A stretch of 64,000 nt of DNA from Candidatus Saccharimonadales bacterium (GCA_039920385.1 JBDSDR010000020.1:6341-70340), one strand, 5' to 3'; shown: positions 17,860 to 27,853, numbered from the stretch's first letter. The notes: generated by a model not told the origin, from the letters alone. Program-made: numbers and translations.

Positions 17860-18905
17860 TCTTTGCCGATCAGCTCACGTTCGTAAGCCTGCAGGTTCTC
17901 AATCAGGTCATCGATTTCGCCGGCCAGGGCACTCGGGATATTACTCCGGCTGTAGCCAATTCGGTGGTCGGTAATCCGGTCTTGCGGGAAGTTATAGGTA
18001 CGGATTTTTTCGGAGCGGTCGCCGGAGCCAATTAGTTTTTTACGAGAATCCGACAGAACTTTTTGTTCTTCTTCGAGTTTTTGGGCCAACAAGCGGGAAC
18101 GTAACACACCCATCGCTTTGGCCTTGTTTTTAATCTGAGATTTTTCGTCTTGGTTGCTTACAACTAGGCCAGAAGGCAAGTGAGTAATCCGTACTGCTGA
18201 GTCGGTGGTGTTAACAGATTGGCCACCGTGGCCACCGGAGCGGTAAACATCAATCCGTAGGTCGCCGGGGTTAATTTCGATGTCTGATTCTTCGGCTTCA
18301 GGCAAGACGGCAACTGTTACGGTAGAAGTATGAATCCGGCCCTGACTTTCGGTGGTTGGTACGCGCTGCACCCGGTGGACGCCAGCTTCAAACTTAAAGG
18401 TCTTGTAGGATTCAACTCCGCGAATTGCAAAAATAATTTCTTTAAAACCGCCGTTTTCATTGACACTTTCGTTAAGCAGTTCGAGCTTATAGCCGCGTTT
18501 TTCGGCTAAGCGGGCGTACATGCGGTACAGCTCACCGGCAAACAAACCGGCTTCGTCACCACCGGCTGCGGCGCGAATTTCCATAATGCAATCACGTTCG
18601 TCATTGGGGTCTTTAGGAGTCAGGGCTTCATCTAAAGCCGCATTAACTTCTTCTAGAATGGCAGCTTGTTCGGTTAGCTCAGTTTGGGCCATATCGGCCA
18701 TGTCGGGGTCGCCAATAAGTTCCTGTGCCTCTTTTTGGGCTTTTAGGGCAGCATTACGGCGGGTGAACAGTTCGACTAAATCTTCTAGCTGACTTTGTCT
18801 GCGCGCCAGCTTGGGATATTCTGGCGCACTAAAAATCGAAGAATCTTGCAGTTGTGTCTGTAGATCTTCGAGTTCTTGGCGTAGGCTGGCTTCTTTTTCT
18901 TCCAT
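17856..18905 (-). CDS. prfA: Peptide chain release factor 1
   Basis: Contains the PTT (PxT) tripeptide in RVPTTES and the GGQ motif in [10 protein letters not shown]. Confidence 0.95.
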   Translation of the reverse strand: MEEKEASLRQELEDLQTQLQDSSIFSAPEYPKLARRQSQLEDLVELFTRRNAALKAQKEAQELIGDPDMADMAQTELTEQAAILEEVNAALDEALTPKDPNDERDCIMEIRAAAGGDEAGLFAGELYRMYARLAEKRGYKLELLNESVNENGGFKEIIFAIRGVESYKTFKFEAGVHRVQRVPTTESQGRIHTSTVTVAVLPEAEESDIEINPGDLRIDVYRSGGHGGQSVNTTDSAVRITHLPSGLVVSNQDEKSQIKNKAKAMGVLRSRLLAQKLEEEQKVLSDSRKKLIGSGDRSEKIRTYNFPQDRITDHRIGYSRSNIPSALAGEIDDLIENLQAYERELIGKE

Positions 18906-18973
18906 AATTCAGTCCTTAGTATATACAAAAACCGCCAGTTCATGCGAAAAGGCGGTTTTATTGGTTTACGTAG

Positions 18974-19330
18974 TTATTTATCAGTAGTCGCGGTAGCGGT
19001 TGGAGCTTCGACTTCGGCGTCGTCTTCATCGTCTTTGCGGACGCGAACTTTGGCGGCGCTTTTCTTGCGAGCTTCCAAGGCCTTTTTAGCAGCTTCGGCA
19101 CGGTTTTTGAACTTATCAACGCGACCTTCGATGTCAACGATGCGCTCTTCACCGGTGAAGAAGGGGTGAGACGAGCTGCTGATGTGAACCTTTACCAATG
19201 GGTATTCAACGCCATCAAGAGTGGTTTTTTCTTCAGTCACCACTGTTGAGCGAGTTAAATACTTGGTACCGTTATTAAGGTCTTCAAAGACGACCTGTCG
19301 ATAGTTAGCGGGGTGTAAATCTTTTTTCAT
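18974..19330 (-). CDS. rpmE: Ribosomal protein L31, type B (no CxxC), with a long Lys/Asp-rich C-terminal tail
   Basis: The sequence is [15 protein letters not shown]...HPFFTGE. ATG 19330 is preferred over the track start at 19351. Confidence 0.88.
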   Translation of the reverse strand: MKKDLHPANYRQVVFEDLNNGTKYLTRSTVVTEEKTTLDGVEYPLVKVHISSSSHPFFTGEERIVDIEGRVDKFKNRAEAAKKALEARKKSAAKVRVRKDDEDDAEVEAPTATATTDK

Positions 19331-19510
19331 AGTCAGGTGGCAATTATACACATCTGTTAGCCAAGAGTCAACAGGGGAATACGTTCATAGCAATCTTGTC
19401 CTGCGGCTTCGGCCTTACGGCCTGCAGATGCAGCCCAAATTTGCTGTGAACTGGTTTATTGCTATTTTGCTAAACTTGGCAGAAAATGGACTCATAAAAG
19501 AGGGGACCAT

Positions 19511-20386
19511 ATGCCAGACGTGATGTTATCTACCGAGGGACTTTTCGAAAATGCAGAATTCGATGGGCATCTAACTGAGTGGCAGCGCGCTCAGCAGACG
19601 ATCTTAAATGCTAATAACGCGTTTGGGGAGGCGGTCGCAGTTGATTACGAAGATTCGAGCCGGAGTAAAGATGCTATAGAAGAAGACATTTCATATATTC
19701 TTGAAATGACTCCCGAAGAACTGAAAGATAGCTTTCGTTTTGATGGTCTTTCCGAGAAGGCACAACGTCTGGCAGAGTTACGCGGACAAGCCACTGTTGC
19801 TAAAGCCGAGACAAGAGCTGCACTTTTAGAATTTGCCACAGAGCTAGGCGCTCACCAGTTTGTCTTATTTGGTCTGAGTGAGGTTCTCAGACCCTATAGT
19901 GATCGGCAGTTATCACGATTAACTTTAGTAGATGGTGTCAGCGCCACAGAAAAGAAGTTAAAAGTAATTGATCGCATCGCTCGCGAAAATTCCGGAGAAG
20001 TTCTGACGGTCGTCAGTTACCCTATGAGCATCGAAGCTGGGCAGCTTGGCGTTGGTGGACTAACCATAGCCGATAATAGACATGGCGTCCTCCCAATGGC
20101 TGACGGTCGTCAGAGTTTTTCGGTGTCGATGTCCTCGCATATGGACGAAATCTATCCAAATGATACGTTTTTGCTTGATGGTAGAACTTTACTGAGCGAT
20201 AATCTCGCTTTAATTACCCCAGAACAATATTGCGCAAACGAGGATCATCTTTATGATCGAGCGACATTAGTTCTTGGCCAGATACCGGAAGGTCCGCCAC
20301 GAGTTGAAAACAAAGAAAATGTTAAGCACAGCACTATGATTCTTAATCGAGCTCGAACAGTTGGTCGCTTAGCAGCCTCGCAGTAA
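19511..20386 (+). CDS. Hypothetical protein; C-terminal ~130 aa paralogous to the 35520 product
   Basis: AGAGGGGA lies upstream of the ATG. SSHMDE...LLDGRTLLSDNLALITPE...IPEGPP...KHSTMILNRARTVGRLA aligns with MHWDSS...LVSDGVVLDRSLIQATSTE...FPPGS...VHGSPIMEFDTVRTFFRLA. The spacing from the H of HxD to the distal H is 63 aa here and 62 aa in 35520. Confidence 0.75.
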   Translation: MPDVMLSTEGLFENAEFDGHLTEWQRAQQTILNANNAFGEAVAVDYEDSSRSKDAIEEDISYILEMTPEELKDSFRFDGLSEKAQRLAELRGQATVAKAETRAALLEFATELGAHQFVLFGLSEVLRPYSDRQLSRLTLVDGVSATEKKLKVIDRIARENSGEVLTVVSYPMSIEAGQLGVGGLTIADNRHGVLPMADGRQSFSVSMSSHMDEIYPNDTFLLDGRTLLSDNLALITPEQYCANEDHLYDRATLVLGQIPEGPPRVENKENVKHSTMILNRARTVGRLAASQ

Positions 20387-20607
20387 TTATTAAATCTTTT
20401 AATGAAATAACTTAATAATTCAATACAGAACCAGCGTAGGCATATTTCACACACCAAAAACCCCAGGGTTGGCAAAGACCCCTCAATCTGTTACAATAGT
20501 CGAGTAACAAATTAAAGCAGTCTGGGATTAGATCCTCCAAAGTAAGTCTCTCCAAGACGAACGGCGGCACCCAAATGAAGGTCAAGGATCGAGAAGGAGT
20601 TCAAATC

Positions 20608-21384
20608 ATGGCTACAGAAGTAGACATTAAACAACTATTAGAAGCTGGTGCCCATTTTGGTCACAAGACAAGCCGTTGGCACCCAAAAATGTCACAGTAC
20701 ATTCACAGCAAGCGTAACGGCAGCCACATCATCGACCTCACCAAAACAGTCGACGAATTAGAAAAAGCACTTAAATTTATCGAACAAGTCGCTGGTGAAG
20801 GCAAGCAAGTTTTGTTTGTCGGTACTAAAAGACAGGCTAAAGATATTCTTAAGACTGCTGCCGTCAGCACCAACATGCCATACGTTACAGAACGTTGGTT
20901 GGGTGGCATGATGACTAATAAAGCGACTATCGGTGGCCGTATCAAGCACCTCAAAGATCTCGAAACTCGGATGGAAAACGGCCAATTGGCTGCTAAGTAC
21001 AACAAGCTCGAAGTCCAACGCTTTCAAGAAGAAATCGACGAAATGAACCACAACTACAGTGGCATCAAAGACCTCGGCGCTAAAGCTGGCGCTTTGTTTG
21101 TCGTTGATATTATCGAAGAAGACAATGCCGTTAAAGAGGCCCGCACTTTGGGTATCCCAATTGTTGCGATCGTTGATACTAATACTGATCCAACCCTAAT
21201 CGATTACCCAATTCCGGCTAACGATGACGCCCTTAAGACAATTAAGCTCATCACTGACTACGTTGTATCAGCTATCAATACCGGGAAGAGTAAAGTTAAG
21301 CCTGCAAAAGACGAAGCTGACAAAGACGAAAAGCCAACTGAGCGAGTAGTTTTAGGTCTAGAAAGCACAAAGGAGGCAAAATAA
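20608..21384 (+). CDS. rpsB: Ribosomal protein S2
   Basis: The sequence is MATEVDIKQLLEAGAHFGH. AAGGAG lies 7 nt upstream of ATG 20608. Confidence 0.95.
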   Translation: MATEVDIKQLLEAGAHFGHKTSRWHPKMSQYIHSKRNGSHIIDLTKTVDELEKALKFIEQVAGEGKQVLFVGTKRQAKDILKTAAVSTNMPYVTERWLGGMMTNKATIGGRIKHLKDLETRMENGQLAAKYNKLEVQRFQEEIDEMNHNYSGIKDLGAKAGALFVVDIIEEDNAVKEARTLGIPIVAIVDTNTDPTLIDYPIPANDDALKTIKLITDYVVSAINTGKSKVKPAKDEADKDEKPTERVVLGLESTKEAK

Positions 21385-21980
21385 TGGCCGTTAATATCGA
21401 AGAAATCAAACGACTCAAAAACCTAACCGGTGTTGGCTTAACCGACGCCAAAAAGGCCCTCGAAGAAGCTAACGGCGACTTCGACAAAGCTCTCGAAGCC
21501 ATGCGCAAAAAAGGCTTAACCAAGGCCGAAAAGCGTGGTGAGCGCGAAGCTCGTTCTGGTGTTGTTGGTACTTACAACCACGACGGCCGGATTGGCGTTT
21601 TGGTAGAAGTAAACTGCGAAACCGACTTTGTGGCACGCAACGAAATCTTCACCAACTTGGTTAAAGATATTGCTATGCACGTGGCCGCTTCTGCCCCACA
21701 ATATGTATCTGTTGAAGAGGTCCCAGCCGACGAACGCGACAAAGTTGCTGCTGAGTTTAAAGAGAAGGCCAAAGCCGATGGCAAGCCCGATGCTATGCTC
21801 GACAAGATAGTCGAAGGCATGCTCAAAAAGCACTTTGCCGATCGTTGCTTAATGGACCAGCCGTTCATCAAAAACCCTGACCAAACTGTGGCCGACTACG
21901 TCAAAGAACATGGCGCCAAACTTGGCGAAAACATCGTTGTCCGCCGCTTTGCCCGCATGGCCCTTGGCGAAATCAGTTAA
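21384..21980 (+). CDS. tsf: Elongation factor Ts (short form)
   Basis: Contains the UBA-like N-terminus IKRLKNLTGVGLTDAKKALEEANGD. The start overlaps the rpsB stop (TAATG). Confidence 0.93.
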   Translation: MAVNIEEIKRLKNLTGVGLTDAKKALEEANGDFDKALEAMRKKGLTKAEKRGEREARSGVVGTYNHDGRIGVLVEVNCETDFVARNEIFTNLVKDIAMHVAASAPQYVSVEEVPADERDKVAAEFKEKAKADGKPDAMLDKIVEGMLKKHFADRCLMDQPFIKNPDQTVADYVKEHGAKLGENIVVRRFARMALGEIS

Positions 21981-22000
21981 AGAATTTTAAGGTTAATACC

Positions 22001-22810
22001 ATGAGTAAAGAATCATGGGTGGGTTTTCCGGACGTCGCCGATAAAACCGGTGGCGAGATTTTCGTTGGCCATACCGGCTTGCCGGTAGGGGTTGATCCAG
22101 AAAGTCTTCAGCTTAATGCTGATGCGCTTCGCCGTGCAGTCATTGGGTGGGGAGGTTACGAATCTTTAACACTTGCTGGCTATAGTGGCGAAGCTGACGA
22201 AGTAACATTTGGTGTGAGCGGTGTTGATGCATCGGGAGTTGGTCATGCAGTAGGTGCAGCAGCGATAACTAAAGCCCAAAGCTCAGATTACACAAGCGCG
22301 TCGGATCATATGAAAAATATGTTTAACGCTCGCAACGGCACTTTGAGTGTGCGTTGGAATATTGACGCACTCAATAGTCGCATCGAAACGCATGAACGTT
22401 ACGATCCGAATATCAGAGCCCGGCAGTTCCAGAAAGAGATTCGCAAAAATACCATTCAAGGGGTGGTTGATCATAGTGTGTTTGATGATTGGCGAACCGC
22501 AAAAGGTGCCATGACAAAAAGTCCCACAATCTTTATTGATGGGCAATGGATGCATGCTCTAACAGCTGATTTTATGGATCAAGATTATACTGGAGTAGCT
22601 ACAAACGTGGGGCTAAGACTTGTGTTCATGCAAACGGCGATCAAACTTGTATGGTCAATCGGAGCTTACGCCGACTTCAGGACTGATATGATTATGGATC
22701 CACTATTTACCGTTGCTCGCCCAACTCGAGCTGCCATCGCCACCGGTATCCTTGCTTCTCATAAACTCGTTCGTGCCACACCAACCACCGCTACCCAAAA
22801 AGACCAATAA
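22001..22810 (+). CDS. Hypothetical 269-aa protein occupying the usual pyrH position
   Basis: Clean ORF between tsf and frr. It shows no amino-acid-kinase motifs. Confidence 0.75.
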   Translation: MSKESWVGFPDVADKTGGEIFVGHTGLPVGVDPESLQLNADALRRAVIGWGGYESLTLAGYSGEADEVTFGVSGVDASGVGHAVGAAAITKAQSSDYTSASDHMKNMFNARNGTLSVRWNIDALNSRIETHERYDPNIRARQFQKEIRKNTIQGVVDHSVFDDWRTAKGAMTKSPTIFIDGQWMHALTADFMDQDYTGVATNVGLRLVFMQTAIKLVWSIGAYADFRTDMIMDPLFTVARPTRAAIATGILASHKLVRATPTTATQKDQ

Positions 22811-22826
22811 CCGTTAGAATAAAAGC

Positions 22827-23390
22827 ATGAATCCAAACGACGTCGTCACCCAAGCCAAAACCAAATTCGATAACAGCCTCAAACACTTTGAGGAAGAACT
22901 AAAAAAGCTCCGGACCGGACGGGCCAATAGTGGCATGCTCGACGGTGTTATGGTGACAGCCTATGGCTCACCAATGCCGCTTAATCAAGTTGCCAATGTT
23001 ACCGCACCGGACGCCCAAAGTTTACAAATCACACCATTCGACCCAACCAACCTAGAAGCCATTTCGGTGGCCATCCGCGACAACCAAAGCCTGGGCTTAA
23101 ACCCAAGTGATGATGGGCGGGTTGTACGTGTGCCAATCCCAGCTTTAACCGAAGAGCGCCGTCGCGATATTACTAAGCAAGTTGGTACCAAGCTCGAAGA
23201 TTGTATGGTGTCGCTACGTGGTACTCGTCACGAAATTCTAGATACTTTTAATGAAGCCAAAAAAGATAAAGACCTCGGCGAAGACGATGTTAAGCGCTAT
23301 GTTGCTCAAGTCGAAGATGCTATGACCCAGACTAAGGCCAAGGCCGAAGCTCTGGCCAAAGCCAAAGAGCAAGAAATTATGACCATCTAG
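22827..23390 (+). CDS. frr: Ribosome recycling factor
   Basis: Length and sequence pattern (LRTGRANSGMLD, LNPS.DG..VRVPIP.LTEERR) are typical of RRF. Confidence 0.93.
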   Translation: MNPNDVVTQAKTKFDNSLKHFEEELKKLRTGRANSGMLDGVMVTAYGSPMPLNQVANVTAPDAQSLQITPFDPTNLEAISVAIRDNQSLGLNPSDDGRVVRVPIPALTEERRRDITKQVGTKLEDCMVSLRGTRHEILDTFNEAKKDKDLGEDDVKRYVAQVEDAMTQTKAKAEALAKAKEQEIMTI

Positions 23391-23417
23391 GTCATCTTTC
23401 CTATATACTAGAAGAAC

Positions 23418-24098
23418 ATGTCAGACACACTTCCAGTTCATTTGGGTATTATTCTCGACGGTAATCGCCGTTGGGCTAAAGCTAAGTCAAAGCCTACTCT
23501 CGAAGGCCACCGCCAAGGCCTCGAAACTTTTAAGGATATTTCGTTAGCTGCCTTCGAACGGGGTATCCACTACGTGTCGGCCTATATATTTTCGACCGAA
23601 AATTGGCAACGTACTCAAGAAGAAGTTTCTTATCTAATGGGTTTGGTAGTAAAGGGTATCGACAAACATTTTCAGACCTTCCACGAAGCTGGTATTAAAT
23701 TGCTGATGCTTGGCAGTCGCGAAGGCCTCGATCAAAAAATTTTGAAAACAATCGACCAAGCCGTCGAAAAATCAAAAAATAATACCAAAGGCGTGCTCAG
23801 CATCTGTTTTAACTATGGCGGCCAACAAGAGATCGCCGAGGCTGCCCAAAAACTTGCTGCTGCTGGCCAAGAAATTACAATCGAATCAATCAGCCAATCG
23901 TTATATCAACCACAACTGCCGCCAGTCGATTATGTTATTCGGACTTCCGGCGAGGCTCGTTTGAGTGGTTTTATGATGTGGCGGACTGCTTATAGCGAAC
24001 TATATTTTAGCGATGTTTTGTGGCCCGATTTTACTACCGGAGACCTCGACATGGCCTTGGCCGAGTATGCCCAACGCCAACGGAGGTTTGGTAACTAA
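23418..24098 (+). CDS. uppS: Undecaprenyl-diphosphate synthase
   Basis: Contains HLGIILDGNRRWA and RTSGE.RLSGF. Confidence 0.93.
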   Translation: MSDTLPVHLGIILDGNRRWAKAKSKPTLEGHRQGLETFKDISLAAFERGIHYVSAYIFSTENWQRTQEEVSYLMGLVVKGIDKHFQTFHEAGIKLLMLGSREGLDQKILKTIDQAVEKSKNNTKGVLSICFNYGGQQEIAEAAQKLAAAGQEITIESISQSLYQPQLPPVDYVIRTSGEARLSGFMMWRTAYSELYFSDVLWPDFTTGDLDMALAEYAQRQRRFGN

Positions 24099-25228
24099 TG
24101 TCGATCTTTCTGATTATCGTTGGGCTGGTGTTGTTTGTTGGCCTTGTTGTAGTGCACGAATTTGGCCATTTTATTGCTGCCCGGCGTAATGGTATTGAAG
24201 TCGAAGAGTTTGGCATTGGTTTTCCGCCCCGAGCCATGGTGATGACCAAAAAACAGGGCACCACCTTCACGCTCAATTGGTTGCCACTAGGCGGCTTTGT
24301 GAAGCTTAAAGGCGAGCATGATGCCGACACCGAAAAGGGCAGTTTTGGTGCCGCCAGCCTAAGCGCTAAAGTTAAAGTCATGGTGGCTGGCGTGGGTATG
24401 AACCTAGCCACAGCCTTTGCCATATTCACGGTTCTGGCTCTACTGGGAATGCCCAAGATTTTGGATAACCAGTTTACTATTAGCAGCGACACCAAAGTAG
24501 CTAAGAGCCAGGTGTTAGTTGGCTATGTCGAAAAAGGCTCGCCAGCTGAGCAGGCCGGCATTAAACAACGCGATCAGATTATTGGGCTTACTTCGCCTGG
24601 TCAAAGCACTGCTACGCCCCTAACCAGCCAAGAACAGTTACCGGATTTTACTAAGAACTACTCTGGCGAGACCGTAAAAGTAACCGTCCTCAGCAATGGC
24701 CAAGAAGCCGTTAAGACCGTCAGCCTAAGAACCGAAGAAGACGTTAATGAAAGCAAGGCGACTAGCCAACCCAAAGGTTATCTAGGCGTTAGTCCAACTG
24801 AGTACCGATTACAAAGGTCGACTTGGTCGGCGCCAATTGTCGCCGCTGGTCTAATTGTTCAGCTCACCCAAGCCACTCTGCAAGGGCTCGGCTCGGCTTT
24901 AAGTAGTTTGTTCCAGGGCAATGCTGGTGCGGCCAGTAACCAGGTAGCTGGTCCAGTCGGCATCTTTGTGCTCATTAAAGACGGTAGCCTGCTTGGCTAC
25001 CAGTTTATATTGCTAATTGTTGGTGTCATTTCGTTAACATTAGCGATTATGAATATTTTGCCAATCCCGGCCTTAGACGGGGGGCGACTATTTACCATTT
25101 TAGGTGCTCGTATAATCAAAAAGCCTCTGACGGCCAAAACCGAAGAGCTTATTAACGGCATTGGCTTTGTTTTGTTAATGGTGTTGTTTGTGGTGATTAC
25201 AGTTGTTGACGTAAAACGGAATTTTTAA
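24098..25228 (+). CDS. rseP: RseP/RasP-type M50 site-2 metalloprotease with PDZ domain
   Basis: HEFGHF lies in the first TM helix. Also has a PDZ-like segment and the C-terminal NILPIPALDGG motif. Confidence 0.9.
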   Translation: MSIFLIIVGLVLFVGLVVVHEFGHFIAARRNGIEVEEFGIGFPPRAMVMTKKQGTTFTLNWLPLGGFVKLKGEHDADTEKGSFGAASLSAKVKVMVAGVGMNLATAFAIFTVLALLGMPKILDNQFTISSDTKVAKSQVLVGYVEKGSPAEQAGIKQRDQIIGLTSPGQSTATPLTSQEQLPDFTKNYSGETVKVTVLSNGQEAVKTVSLRTEEDVNESKATSQPKGYLGVSPTEYRLQRSTWSAPIVAAGLIVQLTQATLQGLGSALSSLFQGNAGAASNQVAGPVGIFVLIKDGSLLGYQFILLIVGVISLTLAIMNILPIPALDGGRLFTILGARIIKKPLTAKTEELINGIGFVLLMVLFVVITVVDVKRNF

Positions 25229-25987
25229 GTGCAGCCAAAGCCTGAGCCGGTAGAATACAAAGTTACCTGGGGCCCGCTAGTTGCTGTAGTTGTGACGGTT
25301 ATTATTTACTTTTTGGCGCAGTTTTTGGGTAGCGCTATTATTTTAACGGTTGCTCATATTAAAGGTCTGCAAGGGGAGGCCTTATCGGCTTGGGTTGAGC
25401 AAACTGGCCCGCAATTCTTTTATATAGTTTCGGTTGAGGCAATGACACTTTTGGTACTTTGGCTATTTTTAAGACAGCGTAAAGCTAGTTTTAAAACCCT
25501 GGGTTTAACTAAGCCAAAGTGGGCCGATCTGGGCTATGTGCTAGTTGGTTTTGGCATGTATTTACCGATCCTGATTGCCGTTATGGCAGCTGTAAAGTTG
25601 TGGTTCCCAGAAGTTAATGTTGATCAGCAACAGCAAATTGGCTTCCAGCAGGCTCATGGGTTGGCCTTGGTTGTAGTGTTTGTTAGCCTTGTGCTGCTAC
25701 CGCCGATTACTGAAGAAATTTTAGCGCGCGGCTTTTTGTTTCTTGGCTTGCGTAGCAAGTTGCCAGTTATCTGGGCCGCACTCCTAACCAGTTTAATTTT
25801 TGCGTCAGCTCATTTGCAGTTTGGTAGCGGCGCACCACTGTTATGGGTAGCGGCGATTGATACCTTTGTATTGTCGCTGGTGTTAGTTTTCTTGCGTCAA
25901 AAAACTGGTCGTTTGTGGTCCTCGATGGGCTTACATATGCTCAAAAACAGCATTGCCTTTATGGCTCTCTTTATTTTTATGACGTAA
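25229..25987 (+). CDS. CPBP-family (CAAX-type) intramembrane protease
   Basis: Contains EEILARGFLF (the EExxxR motif) and FASAHL, and is polytopic. The GTG start lies immediately after the rseP stop. Confidence 0.8.
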   Translation: MQPKPEPVEYKVTWGPLVAVVVTVIIYFLAQFLGSAIILTVAHIKGLQGEALSAWVEQTGPQFFYIVSVEAMTLLVLWLFLRQRKASFKTLGLTKPKWADLGYVLVGFGMYLPILIAVMAAVKLWFPEVNVDQQQQIGFQQAHGLALVVVFVSLVLLPPITEEILARGFLFLGLRSKLPVIWAALLTSLIFASAHLQFGSGAPLLWVAAIDTFVLSLVLVFLRQKTGRLWSSMGLHMLKNSIAFMALFIFMT

Positions 25988-26099
25988 TGCAGTAGGATAA
26001 AGGCGTATGAGAAACACCAAAGTCATTATGATTGCACCGAAGCCACTCCATTCAGGGGCTGACGTTTAGTTTCTTATCATAAAATCAGTAACGTCCAAC

Positions 26100-26124
26100 C
26101 CCTCGCAACCAACGAGGGATTTTT
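26100..26124 (+). terminator. Terminator-like hairpin 19 nt upstream of the proS start (possible attenuator)
   Basis: Stem ccctcg (26100-26105) / cgaggg (26113-26118), loop caaccaa, then attttt. Confidence 0.6.
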
Positions 26125-26143
26125 AATAAAAGAAAGACTAACA

Positions 26144-27853
26144 ATGCGCGTAAGCCAACAATTTACCAAGACTCGCAAGCAAGCACCTGCCGACGAAATC
26201 GCCAAGAACGCCCAGCTACTCATTAAGGCTGGCTTTATTCACAAAGAAATGGCCGGAGTCTATAGTTTCTTGCCGCTGGGCCTAAGTGTGCTCGAAAAGA
26301 TTAAGCAAGTCGTTCGTGAAGAAATGGATGCTATTGGTGGACAAGAGCTAATTATGTCCAGTTTGCAACCCAAAGACATCTGGGAAAATACCAATCGGTG
26401 GGACGACGAAAAAGTTGATGTTTGGTTTAAGTCAAAACTACAAAATGGTACTGAAGTCGGTTTTGGCTGGTCTCACGAAGAACCTATCACCGAAATGATG
26501 AAGGATTACGTTACCAGTTACAAAGACCTTCCTGTAGTAGTTCACCAATTCCAAACTAAACTTCGTAACGAAGTTCGCGCTAAAAGCGGCATAATGCGTG
26601 GCCGCGAATTTGTAATGAATGACATGTATGGCTACTTTTTTAATGAACAGGAACACCTCGACTTTTACGAAAAATCAAAAGTAGCCTATATGAATGTTTT
26701 TAAACGAGTTGGGCTTGGGGATGTGACATTCATAACCTACGCTTCGGGGGGCGCCTTTACTAAATTCAGCCACGAATTTCAAACCTTAACTGATGCCGGC
26801 GAAGACACACTCTTTCAAGTTCCAAGCACCAAGGAAATGTTTAATGAAGAGATCACGCCATCTCAAGCAACTGCAGTGACTGGTAATGATGATCCAAAGC
26901 CACTCCAAGAAGTCGAGGGTAAGGGGTTAATTGGTGTTGAACCCCTCGCTAAATTCCTCAAAATCCCAGTCGAAAAAACAACCAAGACAATGCTTTATGT
27001 AACAGATAAGGGCAAAGTAGTAGCTGCTGCTGTGAGAGGTGGCTACAATGTTAATGAAGACAAACTCAAAGATGTCCTTGGCGTCGAACGCATCCAGCTC
27101 GCTGATGAAGCAACTGTTAAGCGTGTCACCAACGCCGAAGTCGGTTATGCAGGATTACTCAACTTACCAGATGAGGTCGAAATTATCGTTGACGAGTCTT
27201 GTGCCAATCGCACCAATTTCGAAATGGGTGCTAACCGCACTAATTACCATAGCATTAACGTTAACTGGGGCAGGGACTTACCAGAACCTAAGCAGTTCTA
27301 CGATATTAAGGTAGTTAAGAAGGGTGACCTTCACCCCGAAACTGGCGAAGCCTACATCGTACACAAAGCGGCCGAAGTAGGTAACATTTTTAACTTCGGC
27401 ACTGCTAAGTGCGACGACGTTGGTTTGCATGTAAACGATGAAAACGGAAAGCTCGCCTCTGTCTATCTTGGTTCATATGGAATTGGCGTGACACGTTTAA
27501 TGGGTGTTGTGGCTGAACATTTTGCCGACGACCGGGGTCTGGTTTGGCCAGCCAACATCGCTCCCGCCCAAGTGTACTTAGTCCGCTTAGGCGAAGACGA
27601 AGTTGTTGTTAAGGCGGCCGACAAGCTTTATGCAGAGCTTCAGGATGCCAACATCGAAGTTTTGTATGATGATCGTGATGCGCGAGCTGGCGAAAAGTTT
27701 GCGGACGCTGATTTAATCGGATTACCATACCGGGTCGTGGTTAGCGCCAAGACCATCGAGCAGAGTAAAGTTGAAGTTAAAAAACGTACCGACCAAGAGG
27801 TCAAGCTGGTTGAATTATCAGAAATCATAAAAAGCCTTAAAGGGGGCAAATAG
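26144..27853 (+). CDS. proS: Prolyl-tRNA synthetase (bacterial type)
   Basis: 569 aa. Contains class II motifs (REF.M.D.Y, GIGVTRL) and sits in the conserved position after rseP. Confidence 0.93.
   Translation: MRVSQQFTKTRKQAPADEIAKNAQLLIKAGFIHKEMAGVYSFLPLGLSVLEKIKQVVREEMDAIGGQELIMSSLQPKDIWENTNRWDDEKVDVWFKSKLQNGTEVGFGWSHEEPITEMMKDYVTSYKDLPVVVHQFQTKLRNEVRAKSGIMRGREFVMNDMYGYFFNEQEHLDFYEKSKVAYMNVFKRVGLGDVTFITYASGGAFTKFSHEFQTLTDAGEDTLFQVPSTKEMFNEEITPSQATAVTGNDDPKPLQEVEGKGLIGVEPLAKFLKIPVEKTTKTMLYVTDKGKVVAAAVRGGYNVNEDKLKDVLGVERIQLADEATVKRVTNAEVGYAGLLNLPDEVEIIVDESCANRTNFEMGANRTNYHSINVNWGRDLPEPKQFYDIKVVKKGDLHPETGEAYIVHKAAEVGNIFNFGTAKCDDVGLHVNDENGKLASVYLGSYGIGVTRLMGVVAEHFADDRGLVWPANIAPAQVYLVRLGEDEVVVKAADKLYAELQDANIEVLYDDRDARAGEKFADADLIGLPYRVVVSAKTIEQSKVEVKKRTDQEVKLVELSEIIKSLKGGK

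Noticed and set aside
22001-22810. Could the ORF between tsf and frr be a divergent UMP kinase (pyrH)?
   Set aside because: It has no glycine-rich N-terminal K.SGE-type motif or other amino-acid-kinase signatures. The size is similar, but the sequence pattern is unrelated.
25988-26143. Possible T-box riboswitch or small RNA gene upstream of proS.
   Set aside because: It has no UGGNACC bulge or T-box consensus. It shows no tRNA-like or SRP-like conserved motifs. I retained only the hairpin and uORF observation.
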